Shown one piece after another: positions 1-13,099 of a DNA stretch of 64,000 nt. Made by a program: the position numbers and the translations under genes. Position 1 is the stretch's first letter. Each line of letters starts with the position of its first letter. This DNA comes from Eledone cirrhosa (Eukaryota). The stretch is taken from NCBI GenBank assembly GCA_964016885.1, contig OZ024763.1, positions 20,584,001 to 20,648,000 of the forward strand, in the 5' to 3' direction. The notes beneath the pieces are model-generated. The model was not told the DNA's origin. It did no database searches and worked only from the letters and a program-made list of their open reading frames with translations.

Positions 1-3000
1 GCAAAACACTTCATTTCCCATTGCTCCAGTGGTAAAAGTGTTGGCCTGACGATCATAATGTCGTGGGTTTGACTCCTGGACTGGGTTGTGTGTTGTGTTC
101 TTGAGCAAAACACTTCATTTCCCATTGCTCCAGTGGTAAAAGTGTTGGCCTGACGATCATAATGTCGTAGGTTTCACTCCTGGACTGGGTTGTGTGTTGT
201 GTTCTTGAGCAAAACACTTCATTTCCCATTGCTCCAGTGGTAAAAGTGTTGGACTGACGATCATAATGTCGTGGGTTTGATTCCTGGACTGGGTTGTGTG
301 TTGTGTTCTTGAGCAAAACACTTCATTTCCCATTGCTCCAGTGGTAAAAGTGTTGGACTGACGATCATAATGTCGTGGGTTTGATTCCTGGACTGGGTTG
401 TGTGTTGTGTTCTTGAGCAAAACACTTCATTTCCCATTGATCCAGTGGTAAAAGTGTTAGACTTATGATCATAATGTGGGTTTGATTCCTGATCTGGGTT
501 GTGTGTTGTGTTCTTGAGCAAAACACTTCATTTCCCATAGATCCAGTGGTAAAAGTGTTGGACTGACGATCATAATGTCGTGGGTTTGATTCCTGGACTG
601 GGTTGTGTGTTGTGTTCTTGAGCAAAACACTTCATTTCCCATTGCTCCAGTGGTAAAAGTGTTGGACTGACGATCATAATGTCGTGGGTTTGATTCCTGG
701 ACTGGGTTGTGTGTTGTGTTCTTGAGCAAAACACTTCATTTCCCATTGCTCCAGTGGTAAAAGTGTTGGCCTGACGATCATAATGTCGTGGGTTTGACTC
801 CTGGACTGGGTTGTGTGTTGTGTTCTTGAGCAAAACACTTCATTTCCCATTGCTCCAGTGGTAAAAGTGTTGGCCTGACGATCATAATGTCGTGGGTTTG
901 ACTCCTGGACTGGGTTGTGTGTTGTGTTCTTGAGCAAAACACTTCATTTCCCATTGCTCCAGTGGTAAAAGTGTTGGCCTGACGATCATAATGTCGTAGG
1001 TTTCACTCCTGGACTGGGTTGTGTGTTGTGTTCTTGAGCAAAACACTTCATTTCCCATTGCTCCAGTGGTAAAAGTGTTGGACTGACGATCATAATGTCG
1101 TGGGTTTGATTCCTGGACTGGGTTGTGTGTTGTGTTCTTGAGCAAAACACTTCATTTCCCATTGCTCCAGTGGTAAAAGTGTTGGACTGACGATCATAAT
1201 GTCGTGGGTTTGATTCCTGGACTGGGTTGTGTGTTGTGTTCTTGAGCAAAACACTTCATTTCCCATTGCTCCAGTGGTAAAAGTGTTGGCCTGACGATCA
1301 TAATGTCGTGGGTTTGACTCCTGGACTGGGTTGTGTGTTGTGTTCTTGAGCAAAACACTTCATTTCCCATTGCTCCAGTGGTAAAAGTGTTGGCCTGACG
1401 ATCATAATGTCGTGGGTTTGACTCCTGGACTGGGTTGTGTGTTGTGTTCTTGAGCAAAACACTTCATTTCCCATTGCTCCAGTGGTAAAAGTGTTGGCCT
1501 GACGATCATAATGTCGTAGGTTTCACTCCTGGACTGGGTTGTGTGTTGTGTTCTTGAGCAAAACACTTCATTTCCCATTGCTCCAGTGGTAAAAGTGTTG
1601 GACTGACGATCATAATGTCGTGGGTTTGATTCCTGGACTGGGTTGTGTGTTGTGTTCTTGAGCAAAACACTTCATTTCCCATTGCTCCAGTGGTAAAAGT
1701 GTTGGACTGACGATCATAATGTCGTGGGTTTGATTCCTGGACTGGGTTGTGTGTTGTGTTCTTGAGCAAAACACTTCATTTCCCATTGCTCCAGTGGTAA
1801 AAGTGTTGGCCTGACGATCATAATGTCGTGGGTTTGACTCCTGGACTGGGTTGTGTGTTGTGTTCTTGAGCAAAACACTTCATTTCCCATTGCTCCAGTG
1901 GTAAAAGTGTTGGCCTGACGATCATAATGTCGTGGGTTTGACTCCTGGACTGGGTTGTGTGTTGTGTTCTTGAGCAAAACACTTCATTTCCCATTGCTCC
2001 AGTGGTAAAAGTGTTGGCCTGACGATCATAATGTCGTAGGTTTCACTCCTGGACTGGGTTGTGTGTTGTGTTCTTGAGCAAAACACTTCATTTCCCATTG
2101 CTCCAGTGGTAAAAGTGTTGGACTGACGATCATAATGTCGTGGGTTTGATTCCTGGACTGGGTTGTGTGTTGTGTTCTTGAGCAAAACACTTCATTTCCC
2201 ATTGCTCCAGTGGTAAAAGTGTTGGACTGACGATCATAATGTCGTGGGTTTGATTCCTGGACTGGGTTGTGTGTTGTGTTCTTGAGCAAAACACTTCATT
2301 TCCCATTGATCCAGTGGTAAAAGTGTTAGACTTATGATCATAATGTGGGTTTGATTCCTGATCTGGGTTGTGTGTTGTGTTCTTGAGCAAAACACTTCAT
2401 TTCCCATAGATCCAGTGGTAAAAGTGTTGGACTGACGATCATAATGTCGTGGGTTTGATTCCTGGACTGGGTTGTGTGTTGTGTTCTTGAGCAAAACACT
2501 TCATTTCCCATTGCTCCAGTGGTAAAAGTGTTGGACTGACGATCATAATGTTGTGGGTTTGATTCCTGGACTGGGTTGTGTGTTGTGTTCTTGAGCAAAA
2601 CACTTCATTTCCCATTGATCCAGTGGTAAAAGTGTTGGACTGATGATCATAATGTCGTGGGTTTGATTCCTGGACTGGGTTGTGTGTTGTGTTCTTGAGC
2701 AAAACACTTCATTTCCCATTGCTCCAGTGGTAAAAGTGTTGGACTGACGATCAGAATGTGGTGGGTTTGACTCCTGGACTGGATTGTGTGTTGTGTTCTT
2801 GAGCAAAACACTTCATTTCCCATTGCTCCAGTGGTAAAAGTGTTGGCCTGACGATCATAATGTCGTGGGTTTGACTCCTGGACTGGGTTGTGTGTTGTGT
2901 TCTTGAGCAAAACACTTCATTTCCCATTGATCCAGTGGTAAAAGTGTTGGCCTGACGATCAGAATGTGTTGGGTTTGACTCCTGGACTGGATTGTGTGTT

Positions 3001-5530
3001 GTGTTCTTGAGCAAAACACTTCATTTCCCATTGATCCAGTGGTAAAAGTGTTGGACTTACGATCAGAATGTGTTGGGTTTGACTCCTGATCTGGGTTGTG
3101 TGTTGTGTTCTTGAGCAAAACACTTCATTTCCCATTGCTCCAGTGGTAAAAGTGTTGGCCTGACGATCATAATGTCGTGGGTTTGACTCCTGGACTGGGT
3201 TGTGTGTTGTGTTCTTGAGCAAAACACTTCATTTCCCATTGCTCCAGTGGTAAAAGTGTTGGCCTGACGATCATAATGTCGTGGGTTTGACTCCTGGACT
3301 GGGTTGTGTGTTGTGTTCTTGAGCAAAACACTTCATTTCCCATTGCTCCAGTGGTAAAAGTGTTGGCCTGACGATCATAATGTCGTGGGTTTGACTCCTG
3401 GACTGGGTTGTGTGTTGTGTTCTTGAGCAAAACACTTCATTTCCCATTGCTCCAGTGGTAAAAGTGTTGGCCTGACGATCATAATGTCGTAGGTTTCACT
3501 CCTGGACTGGGTTGTGTGTTGTGTTCTTGAGCAAAACACTTCATTTCCCATTGCTCCAGTGGTAAAAGTGTTGGACTGACGATCATAATGTCGTGGGTTT
3601 GATTCCTGGACTGGGTTGTGTGTTGTGTTCTTGAGCAAAACACTTCATTTCCCATTGCTCCAGTGGTAAAAGTGTTGGACTGACGATCATAATGTCGTGG
3701 GTTTGATTCCTGGACTGGGTTGTGTGTTGTGTTCTTGAGCAAAACACTTCATTTCCCATTGATCCAGTGGTAAAAGTGTTAGACTTATGATCATAATGTG
3801 GGTTTGATTCCTGATCTGGGTTGTGTGTTGTGTTCTTGAGCAAAACACTTCATTTCCCATAGATCCAGTGGTAAAAGTGTTGGACTGACGATCATAATGT
3901 CGTGGGTTTGATTCCTGGACTGGGTTGTGTGTTGTGTTCTTGAGCAAAACACTTCATTTCCCATTGCTCCAGTGGTAAAAGTGTTGGCCTGACGATCATA
4001 ATGTCGTGGGTTTGATTCCTGGACTGGGTTGTGTGTTGTGTTCTTGAGCAAAACACTTCATTTCCCATTGCTCCAGTGGTAAAAGTGTTGGCCTGACGAT
4101 CATAATGTCGTGGGTTTGACTCCTGGACTGGGTTGTGTGTTGTGTTCTTGAGCAAAACACTTCATTTCCCATTGCTCCAGTGGTAAAAGTGTTGGCCTGA
4201 CGATCATAATGTCGTGGGTTTGACTCCTGGACTGGGTTGTGTGTTGTGTTCTTGAGCAAAACACTTCATTTCCCATTGCTCCAGTGGTAAAAGTGTTGGC
4301 CTGACGATCATAATGTCGTAGGTTTCACTCCTGGACTGGGTTGTGTGTTGTGTTCTTGAGCAAAACACTTCATTTCCCATTGCTCCAGTGGTAAAAGTGT
4401 TGGACTGACGATCATAATGTCGTGGGTTTGATTCCTGGACTGGGTTGTGTGTTGTGTTCTTGAGCAAAACACTTCATTTCCCATTGCTCCAGTGGTAAAA
4501 GTGTTGGACTGACGATCATAATGTCGTGGGTTTGATTCCTGGACTGGGTTGTGTGTTGTGTTCTTGAGCAAAACACTTCATTTCCCATTGATCCAGTGGT
4601 AAAAGTGTTAGACTTATGATCATAATGTGGGTTTGATTCCTGATCTGGGTTGTGTGTTGTGTTCTTGAGCAAAACACTTCATTTCCCATAGATCCAGTGG
4701 TAAAAGTGTTGGACTGACGATCATAATGTCGTGGGTTTGATTCCTGGACTGGGTTGTGTGTTGTGTTCTTGAGCAAAACACTTCATTTCCCATTGCTCCA
4801 GTGGTAAAAGTGTTGGACTGACGATCATAATGTTGTGGGTTTGATTCCTGGACTGGGTTGTGTGTTGTGTTCTTGAGCAAAACACTTCATTTCCCATTGA
4901 TCCAGTGGTAAAAGTGTTGGACTGATGATCATAATGTCGTGGGTTTGATTCCTGGACTGGGTTGTGTGTTGTGTTCTTGAGCAAAACACTTCATTTCCCA
5001 TTGCTCCAGTGGTAAAAGTGTTGGACTGACGATCAGAATGTGGTGGGTTTGACTCCTGGACTGGATTGTGTGTTGTGTTCTTGAGCAAAACACTTCATTT
5101 CCCATTGCTCCAGTGGTAAAAGTGTTGGCCTGACGATCATAATGTCGTGGGTTTGACTCCTGGACTGGGTTGTGTGTTGTGTTCTTGAGCAAAACACTTC
5201 ATTTCCCATTGATCCAGTGGTAAAAGTGTTGGCCTGACGATCAGAATGTGTTGGGTTTGACTCCTGGACTGGATTGTGTGTTGTGTTCTTGAGCAAAACA
5301 CTTCATTTCCCATTGATCCAGTGGTAAAAGTGTTGGACTTATGATCATAATGTCGTGGGTTTGATTCCTGGACTGGGTTGTGTGTTGTGTTCTTGAGCAA
5401 AACACTTCATTTCCCATTGCTCCAGTGGAAAAAGTGTTGGACTGACAACCATAATGTCGTCGGTTTGATTCCTGGTCTGGGTGATGTGTTGTTTCCTTGA
5501 GCAAAACACTTCATTTCACATTGCTCCAGT
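1..5530 (+). repeat. 104-bp tandem satellite (~53 copies, open at window start) derived from the tRNA-like head plus central conserved domain of a SINE
   Basis: Unit TGCTCCAGTGGTAAAAGTGTTGG(A/C)CTGACGATCATAATGTCGTGGGTTTGA(T/C)TCCTGGACTGGGTTGTGTGTTGTGTTCTTGAGCAAAACACTTCATTTCCCAT recurs every 104 bp (some units 101). It matches the 5' part of the monomeric SINE at 54030-54297(-). The last unit runs into the SINE tail at ~5530. Confidence 0.95.
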
Positions 5531-6570
5531 ATACTCAGCTGAAAATGAGTATCGGCAATAGGTGGGGGTTTTAACACTGTGATGGACTGGCATCCTGTCC
5601 TCTGTCACTTCACATCACATAAACTGGGATATGTACTGGCCTGTTGACTCTGTGCTTGACTGGTGACCTGTCTAGTGGGGATTCTTGTACCCTCAGTCAC
5701 TTAACACTATGGAAACTTGGATAAGCACTTGACTGATGAGCTTTGGGCTTGAGAGGGACTTTAACCCTGTGATGGATTGGTACCCTGTCCAGGGCAGAGT
5801 CTTATACTCTCCGTCACTTATTGCTCCTGAAACTGGGATTAATGCCGGCATGATGAGCCTTCGGGGTCGAGACAGACTTTAACCGTGATGGTCTGGTGTC
5901 CAGATCATTTACTCTGTCTCTTAACCATTTTGCATTTAAACTGGCCATATCTGGCCAGAATTATCTCACCTCTTTCTGTTAAAACTGGCCATAAATGGCT
6001 GCTCATACTGATGTTAAGGTATTGTTCTCAAAATAAATAACATCAAAATCTCATAGATTCGACATTATGCGAGATAATTATGTAAGATAAAGTCTTTAAC
6101 ACAAAACTACAATAGTATATACAGAGTAATGTAAATGCTAAAGGGTTAATGTTACAGAAGCTGGGATAAACATTTGACCAATGAGCCTCAAAGCTTGAGA
6201 CAAACTTTAACCCTAAGATTGTAAATTGGTGTCCTGTCCTGGGGTAGGGAGTCTTGTATTCACAGTCGCTTAACCCCACGAAACCTCGGATAAGAACCAG
6301 CCTGATGAACTTCAGGGCCTGACACAGACTTTAACCCTGTGATGAGGCATTGGTGTCCTGTCCAGGGGCAAGGGGGTTATGTACTCAGTCGGTTAATGTT
6401 ATAGAAACCAGGGTAAGCACTGATGAACCTTAAGGCTTGAAACAAACTTTAACTCTGTGATGAAGCATTGGTGTCGTCTGGTGGGGAAAGGGGGCATGTA
6501 CTCAGTCAATGCCACAGAAACCAGGATAAGCACTGGTTTGATGAGCTTCCGGACTCGAGACAGACACTAG
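5531..6570 (+). repeat. SINE 3' tail followed by diverged ~120-bp tandem copies of the tail, interrupted by a MITE
   Basis: Recurrent AACCCTGTGATGGA...CCTGTCCAGGG...CTCAGTC...GAAACTGGGATAAGCAC...TGATGAG...CAGACTTT units; same sequence as the tail of the SINE at 54030-54180(-). Confidence 0.75.
5921..6149. mobile_element. TTAA-flanked MITE (piggyBac-like ends), ~200-230 bp family
   Basis: Family consensus TTAA-CCCTTTAGCATTTA...TAAATGCTAAAGGG-TTAA, i.e. terminal inverted repeats with TTAA flanks; many copies in the window. Confidence 0.75.
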
Positions 6571-6989
6571 AACTTTTTTCAAAAGTCGCTCAAATTTTTA
6601 TATAGATACAAAAGCTTCAAATTAACAAACCAAAAAATAATAATAATAATTTTATATTCTTTGAACACTGTTGTTTTATTCATTTTATTTAAATTCAGTT
6701 TTTATTTTATTATATTTCATAATTACTTAATACTTCTTCTTCCTTTTCCATCCGTTCTATTCTCAAGTGGATTCAACACAGGCCAACCTGTTTGTCTAAT
6801 GGTTTAAAACATTCAAAACAAATTTACACATTTTCTTTAGAGAGGGGAAACTAATCCATACTAGTACAAGCCTGCCTCTTGTTTCTTTTCAAATAAAAAA
6901 AAACAACATAAAATAAAACAGGAAAAATTAAAGAAGTCCAGTGAAATAATTTGAAATTTTCTGTTTTTTTCTCTCTAATTATTTTTCCC

Positions 6990-7459
6990 TTAACCCTTTA
7001 GCATTTAAACCGGCCTCTCTCACCTCTTTCTGTTCAAACCGGTTGTAACTGGCCGCTCATACTGATGTTAAGGTATTGATCTCAAAATGAATAATATCAA
7101 AATCTCATAGATTCGATATTATGTGTGGTAAAGCCTTTACCATGAAAATATAAGGGTATGTAATAGAGTAATATAAATGCTAAAGGGTTAAACTGACAGT
7201 ATCCAGCTAGAATTCTCTCACATCTTTCTGTTCAAACCAGCTGTAACTGGCCACTCATACTGATGTTAAGGTATTGTTCTCAACATAAATAATCTCAAAA
7301 TCTCGTAGATTCGATATTATGTGAGATAAAGCCTTTACCATGAAAATACAATAGTAAATACAGAGTAATGTAAATGTTATGTGAGATATTAAGTGAAGTA
7401 ATGCCTTTACCATGAAAATATAATAGTAAATACAGAGTAATGTAAGTGCTAAAGGGTTA
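6990..7459. mobile_element. Tandem TTAA-MITE copies
   Basis: TTAACCCTTTAGCATTTAAACCGG...GCTAAAGGGTTAA followed by a second unit lacking the left TIR. Confidence 0.75.
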
Positions 7460-8114
7460 CAAACAAAATAAAAATAATTAATAATTAAACATAATTATAA
7501 TTGATAGATAAACCAATACATTTATAAAGACAATGGGAAACTTTAAAATCTATTTGACTTTTCTTATGCAAAGCTGCAACAATGTATACATTAGATATAT
7601 TAACTATAAAATAGTCAAGTAAGTAAAAATACTCTAGAAGATGGGAAAATGATGGACAGGAAGGAAGTTTTCCAACATACGGCAAATATTCATGGATTGT
7701 TTCCTGCAAGGGGACACTTACAGGAAACAATCTTCCTCTCCAATTACACACTTATTTTATAGTTAATATATGTATTGTGTAAAGTTTTGTTTTCCTAAGA
7801 AAGGCAAATAGATTTATAAAGACATTGAACAGCTTTAAAATCTATTTGCTCCTTTTTTGCTTATGCAAAGCTGCAACAATGCATTTCTTACATATATTCA
7901 CTACAAAATAGTAAGGTAAATCAGGTGAAATAGCCTAGATGATAGGAAAATAGCCTAGACAGTGGGATAATAGCCTAGATGATGGAGAAATAGCCAAGAT
8001 GATGGGAAAATGGTGGATGAGAAGGAAGTTATCTGACATAGGGCTAATGCTTGGGTTGTTTTTCTGGAAGTGTCCCCTGTTCACCTCCCATATATTACAT
8101 AAAATAGTCAGGTA

Positions 8115-8955
8115 GATGAGGTGAAATAGCCTAGAAGATGGGAAAATAGCCTAAGTGATAGGGAAATAGCCTAGATGATGGGAAAATAGCCTAGAAGATG
8201 GGCAAATAGCCTAGATGATGGGCAAATAGCCTAGAAGATGGGAGAATAGCCTAGATGATGGGAGAATAGCCTAGATGATGGGAGAATAGCCTAGATGATG
8301 GGAGAATAGCCTAGAAGATGGGAAAATAGCTTAGAAGATGGGAAAATAGCTTAGAAGATGAGAAAATAGCTTAGAAGATGAGAAAATAGCTTAGAAGATG
8401 AGAAAATAGCTTAGAAGATGGGAAAATAGCTTAGAAGATGAGAAAATAGCTTAGAAGATGGGAAAATAGCCTAGATGATGGGAGAATAGCCTAGAAGATG
8501 GGAAAATAGCCTAGAAGATGGGAGAATAGCCTAGATGATGGGAAAATAGCCTAGAAGATGGGCAAATAGCCTAGAAGATGGGAAAATAGCCTAGAAGATG
8601 GGAAAATAGCCTAGAAGATGGGCAAATAGCCTAGAAGATGGGCAAATAGCCTAGAAGATGGGCAAATAGCCTAGATGATGGGAAAATAGCCTAGATGATG
8701 GGAAAATAGCCTAGAAGATGAGAAAATAGCTTAGAAGATGAGAAAATAGCTTAGAAGGTGGGAAAATAGCCTAGATGGTGGGGAAATAGCCTAGAAGATG
8801 GGAAAATAGCCTAGAAGATGGGCAAATAGCCTAGAAGATGAGAAAATAGCTTAGATGGTGGGCAAATAGCCTAGATGGTGGGAAAATAGCTTAAATGGTG
8901 GGAAAATAGCCTAGATGGTGGGGAAATAGCTTAGAAGATAGGAAAATAGCCTAGA
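8115..8955. repeat. 20-bp minisatellite (GGAAAATAGCCTAGAAGATG)n
   Basis: About 40 near-identical 20-bp units, seeded from a ~290-bp local duplication at 7520-8100. Confidence 0.95.
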
Positions 8956-9084
8956 GGAGCGAACAGGAATTTATCCGACATACAGCAAATACTTGAGTTG
9001 TTTCCCTAGAAGTGTTCCCTATTCCCCCCTCCCCCACTCTACTCTCTACAACTACTCGACTATTTCATAGTTGATATATAGTTA

Positions 9085-9169
9085 ATATATTGAGTCAAGT
9101 ATGAAATTTGTAGAAAAAATACATATGACCATATGCCTCGCTACAAATTTCATACTTGACCCAATATAT
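9085..9169 (-). other. 29-bp-stem hairpin (pre-miRNA-sized) downstream of the polyhomeotic stop codon
   Basis: ATATATTGAGTCAAGTATGAAATTTGTAG...CTACAAATTTCATACTTGACCCAATATAT; the single mismatch is a G-U pair on the minus strand. Confidence 0.6.
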
Positions 9170-9423
9170 CCATTGTGGTAGTTTTTTTAAGGGGGGGGGG
9201 GGGGGGGGGTTACCAAAGGAAGGCAGATATAAATTAAAGTTTGAAGATATTATTTTAACCCTGTCTTCATTGCTGTCTGTTTAACTATCAATTGGTGACA
9301 AATACATCGGAGGGGGTGGGGGGGGGGGGGGTAATTTAAAAAAACAAAACAAAACAGTCAGACAGACAAACAAAACAACACTACAGAAAGGAGGAGGGTA
9401 AGTGTGAGGAGAGGAAGTAAGAT

Positions 9424-9483
<60 letters not shown>

Positions 9484-9873
9484 CAGAGAAGAGAGAGGAG
9501 GAGAGTAGAGGAGAGAGAGGAGGAGAGTAGAGGAGAGAGAGAAAAAGGAATCACACATATATACACATACTGATTCAGTCACACATACATAGATTCCCCG
9601 TAATACATAAACACATACAGAGTGGCACATACACACATTGACATATACACATACAGTCAAACATAAACATACAGATTCACATACACAGATTCACATATAC
9701 ACAGTCACACATAAACATAGATTCACATACACACATACAGTCACACATAAACATAGATTCACATACACACAGATTCACATCTACACCTACAGTCACACAC
9801 ATACAAAGATTCACAGTCACATATATGCACACACACACACACAGATTCACAATCACACACTGAAAACATCACT

Positions 9874-10462
9874 TTAACCCTTTAGCATTTAAACTGGATA
9901 TATCCGGCCAGAAGTCTCTCACCTCTTTCTGTTCAAACCGGTTGTAACTTGCCATTTATACTGATGTTAAGGTATTGTTCTAAAAATGAATATCAAAATC
10001 TCATAGATTCAATACTATGTGAGGTAAAGCCTTACCATGAAAATATAATAATAAATGTAGATTAATGTAAATGCTAAAGGGTTAAACCAGCCAGAATTCT
10101 CTCAATTCTTTCTGTTCAAACCGGCTGCTCATACTGATGTTAAGGTATTGTTCTCGAAATAAATAATATCAAAATCGTATAGATTCAATATTATGAGAGA
10201 TAAAGCCTTAAACACAAAAATACAATAGTAAATATAGAGTAATGTAAATGCTAAAGAGTTAAACCGGATATATTTGACCAGAACTCTCTCACCTCTTTCT
10301 GTTCAAACCGGCTGTAACCAGCCGCTCATACTGACATTAAGGTATTGTTCTCAAAATGAATAATATCAAAATCTCATAGATTCGATATTATGTGAGGTAA
10401 AAAAGCCTTTACCACAAAAATACAATAGTAAATATAGAGTAATGTAAATGCTAAAGGGTTAA
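9874..10462. mobile_element. Head-to-tail trimer of the TTAA-MITE
   Basis: Three successive ~190-bp units, each ending AATGCTAAAG(G/A)GTTAA. Confidence 0.8.
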
Positions 10463-10629
10463 GGTACTTTCTTTCTTTCTTTCCTTCTTTCTTCAACAGG
10501 TTAAATCTGGTAATTACAAAAACTGAAATGCTGGCAGTACAATAAGGAAGAGGATGGTGTTATTTTAACAAAACTAAGATATTATCATCATTATTCCTAT
10601 TATGGTCATTATGATTGATATCAGAAACT

Positions 10630-10798
10630 ATACATATACATATATATATATGTACTTATGGGTATATGATATATGTGTATATATATATATAAATGTATGT
10701 GTGCGTATATATGTTTACACATACACACATACGGACAAATATGCACATACTAACCATATATATATATATAAATATACACATATACATATATATAAATG

Positions 10799-10834
<36 letters not shown>

Positions 10835-10838
10835 AATG

Positions 10839-10872
<34 letters not shown>

Positions 10873-10876
10873 AATG

Positions 10877-10908
<32 letters not shown>

Positions 10909-10911
10909 AAT

Positions 10912-10966
<55 letters not shown>

Positions 10967-10978
10967 TATATATAAATG

Positions 10979-11014
<36 letters not shown>

Positions 11015-11044
11015 CTTATATGTATGTGAGTTATGTATATATAT

Positions 11045-11087
<43 letters not shown>

Positions 11088-11113
11088 CTTATATGTGAGT
11101 TATGTATATATAT

Positions 11114-11158
<45 letters not shown>

Positions 11159-11250
11159 TACACATATACATATATATAAATGATATATATATAATATATA
11201 TATATATATATAAATATACACATATACATATATATAAATGATATATATAT

Positions 11251-11282
<32 letters not shown>

Positions 11283-11308
11283 GTATATATACTTATATGT
11301 ATGTGAGT

Positions 11309-11355
<47 letters not shown>

Positions 11356-11365
11356 TTTTATGTAT

Positions 11366-11405
<40 letters not shown>
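10630..11405. repeat. (TA)n-rich microsatellite
   Basis: Direct inspection; source of spurious YIYI ORFs. Confidence 0.95.
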
Positions 11406-11406
<1 letters not shown>

Positions 11407-11679
11407 CAATAATCCCCAGTACCTGCATTACTGCAGGTACCGGTGGTGTACATGACAATAAGGGTTTCAACGATTAATGCATTATTTAAATAGTTCTGAC
11501 AGAAATGCAATGCAGCGCAGTGGTGTGCAGTTGGGTTCAGGTTAGCAAATGATGCAATACTGTTTGTTTTGAGATGAATGAAACAGTTCGTTGAATTTAA
11601 AAAAAATCTGGTAAAAAAACGATTTTCTTTCTTTCTTATGTTTTTTGGGGTTAAAATTTAAAGTCACATAAAACTTTTG

Positions 11680-12230
11680 GTGTTTTTTTTAGGGGAAGAG
11701 GGTCTCTTTTTGGGGGGGGAAGGTCTTTTGGAAGGGCAGAAGGGTCTTTTGGGGGAAAGAGAGTCTTTTTGGGGGGCAATGAAGCCATGAAGGTCTTTTT
11801 TGTGGGGGAAGAAAAGGGTCTTTTGGGAGGAGAAGGTCTTTTTTGAAGCGATGAAGGTCTTTTTTGGGAGGGAGGAAGGTCTTTTTGGGCGAGAAATAAG
11901 GGGGTCATTTTGGGGGCAATGAGGTTCTTTTTGGGGGACGAAAAAGGTCTTGGAGGAGGTCTTTTGAGGGGCAAGGAAAACTTGGGGGGGGGGGTCTTTT
12001 GGGGAGCAAGGAAGACCTTGGGGGGGGGGGGGTCTTTTTGGAGGGAAGAAGGTCTTTTTGGGGGCGAAGAAAGTCTTTTTTGGGCGGGCAAAGAGAGACT
12101 TTTTTTGGGTAACAAGAGGGTCTTTTTCAGGGGTAAGAGGTTCTTTTTGGGGCGAGGAGGGTCTTTTTTAGTGGTGAAGAGGGTCTTTTGGGAAGTAAAG
12201 GGGGTATGGAGGATGATGGGTTTGTAAATG
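11680..12230. repeat. Degenerate G/T-rich minisatellite (GGTCTTTTTTGGGGG-like) in the probable 3' UTR
   Basis: Repeated AGGGTCTTTTTGGGGG motifs with long G runs. Confidence 0.7.
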
Positions 12231-12611
12231 AAATTCTATTATTAATATTATTATTGTTATTGTTTTTTCTCATTTATTTTTTCTTCAAAATTTTAAGTCA
12301 CAAACTTTTGAGTAGTCGGGGGGGGGGGGTATTTTTTTGAGGAGGGTGAGAGGATGACGGGTGGGGGTTCAAATGAAATTTTATTATTAATATTTTTTGT
12401 CTTTTCTCCCTCTTTTTTTATGTCAAAATTTGAATTCACATACAATTTTGAGTAGTAGTCTGAGGTGGGTTTTATATTTTTTTTTAAGGAAGGGGACAGG
12501 GATAGATGGAGATGGATGGGTGAGGGGGCTTTAAAAAGAAATGTTCACCTTTGTTATAATTATTATTATTATTAATATAATTATTGCTTCCTTTTTTTTT
12601 TTGGTTTCCCC

Positions 12612-12806
12612 TCAAAAGTTGTCTTTCAAAGAATTAATCCTGGCACAGATTTTCAATGCTGGTCCTAGTTTCATGTTCATGGCAGTCATCAAGTGATCCT
12701 CTTTCAGAAGAAGCAGAGCTTGCCCATCAATTTCTTGAGAGCGAAATTCTTCAGCGTACGCTGTACAGCCTGGCATTGATTTAATGAAATCAAAGACTTT
12801 CTGAAC
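12612..12806 (-). CDS. ph: polyhomeotic/PHC last coding exon, SAM domain
   Basis: Acceptor TTCTTCAG, then VQKVFDFIKSMPGCTAYAEEFRSQEIDGQALLLLKEDHLMTAMNMKLGPALKICARINSLKDNF-TGA, a typical Ph SAM sequence; phase 0. Confidence 0.95.
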   Translation of the reverse strand, partial: VQKVFDFIKSMPGCTAYAEEFRSQEIDGQALLLLKEDHLMTAMNMKLGPALKICARINSLKDNF

Positions 12807-13099
12807 CTGAAGAAGAGAAAAAAATGTTACAGTTAAATGTTAATATATACTGAAAAGTGGTCGTCTAGGTGTCACGACAAAAACTCCCCAGTCCACACTG
12901 TAAATTGGTCATGCAGGAGTCACGGCAAAAAGCACCCAGCCCACACTGTAAAGTGGTCATGTAGGTGACACGACAAAAAGCATTGAATCACAGGTTTTAC
13001 ATCAGAGTTTTCCTTCTCCTAGAATGATGTCCTAACAAAAACTAGAGGTCCCTCACTCCAACAGTATATATTATATATAATATAATATATATATATATA

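Noticed and set aside
53-5504. About 46 overlapping 86-87 aa ORFs resembling a peptide-gene array
   Set aside because: They are artefacts of a 104-bp repeat cycling through frames; most start at TTG, and the unit is SINE-derived.
1-5530. CRISPR array or tRNA gene cluster
   Set aside because: There are no unique spacers and the context is eukaryotic. Units lack the 5' acceptor strand, have a mutated B box and continue into a SINE core.
5700-6560. GAAAC...CTGATGAG motifs as hammerheads
   Set aside because: Part of the SINE tail; the required stems and UH site cannot be formed.
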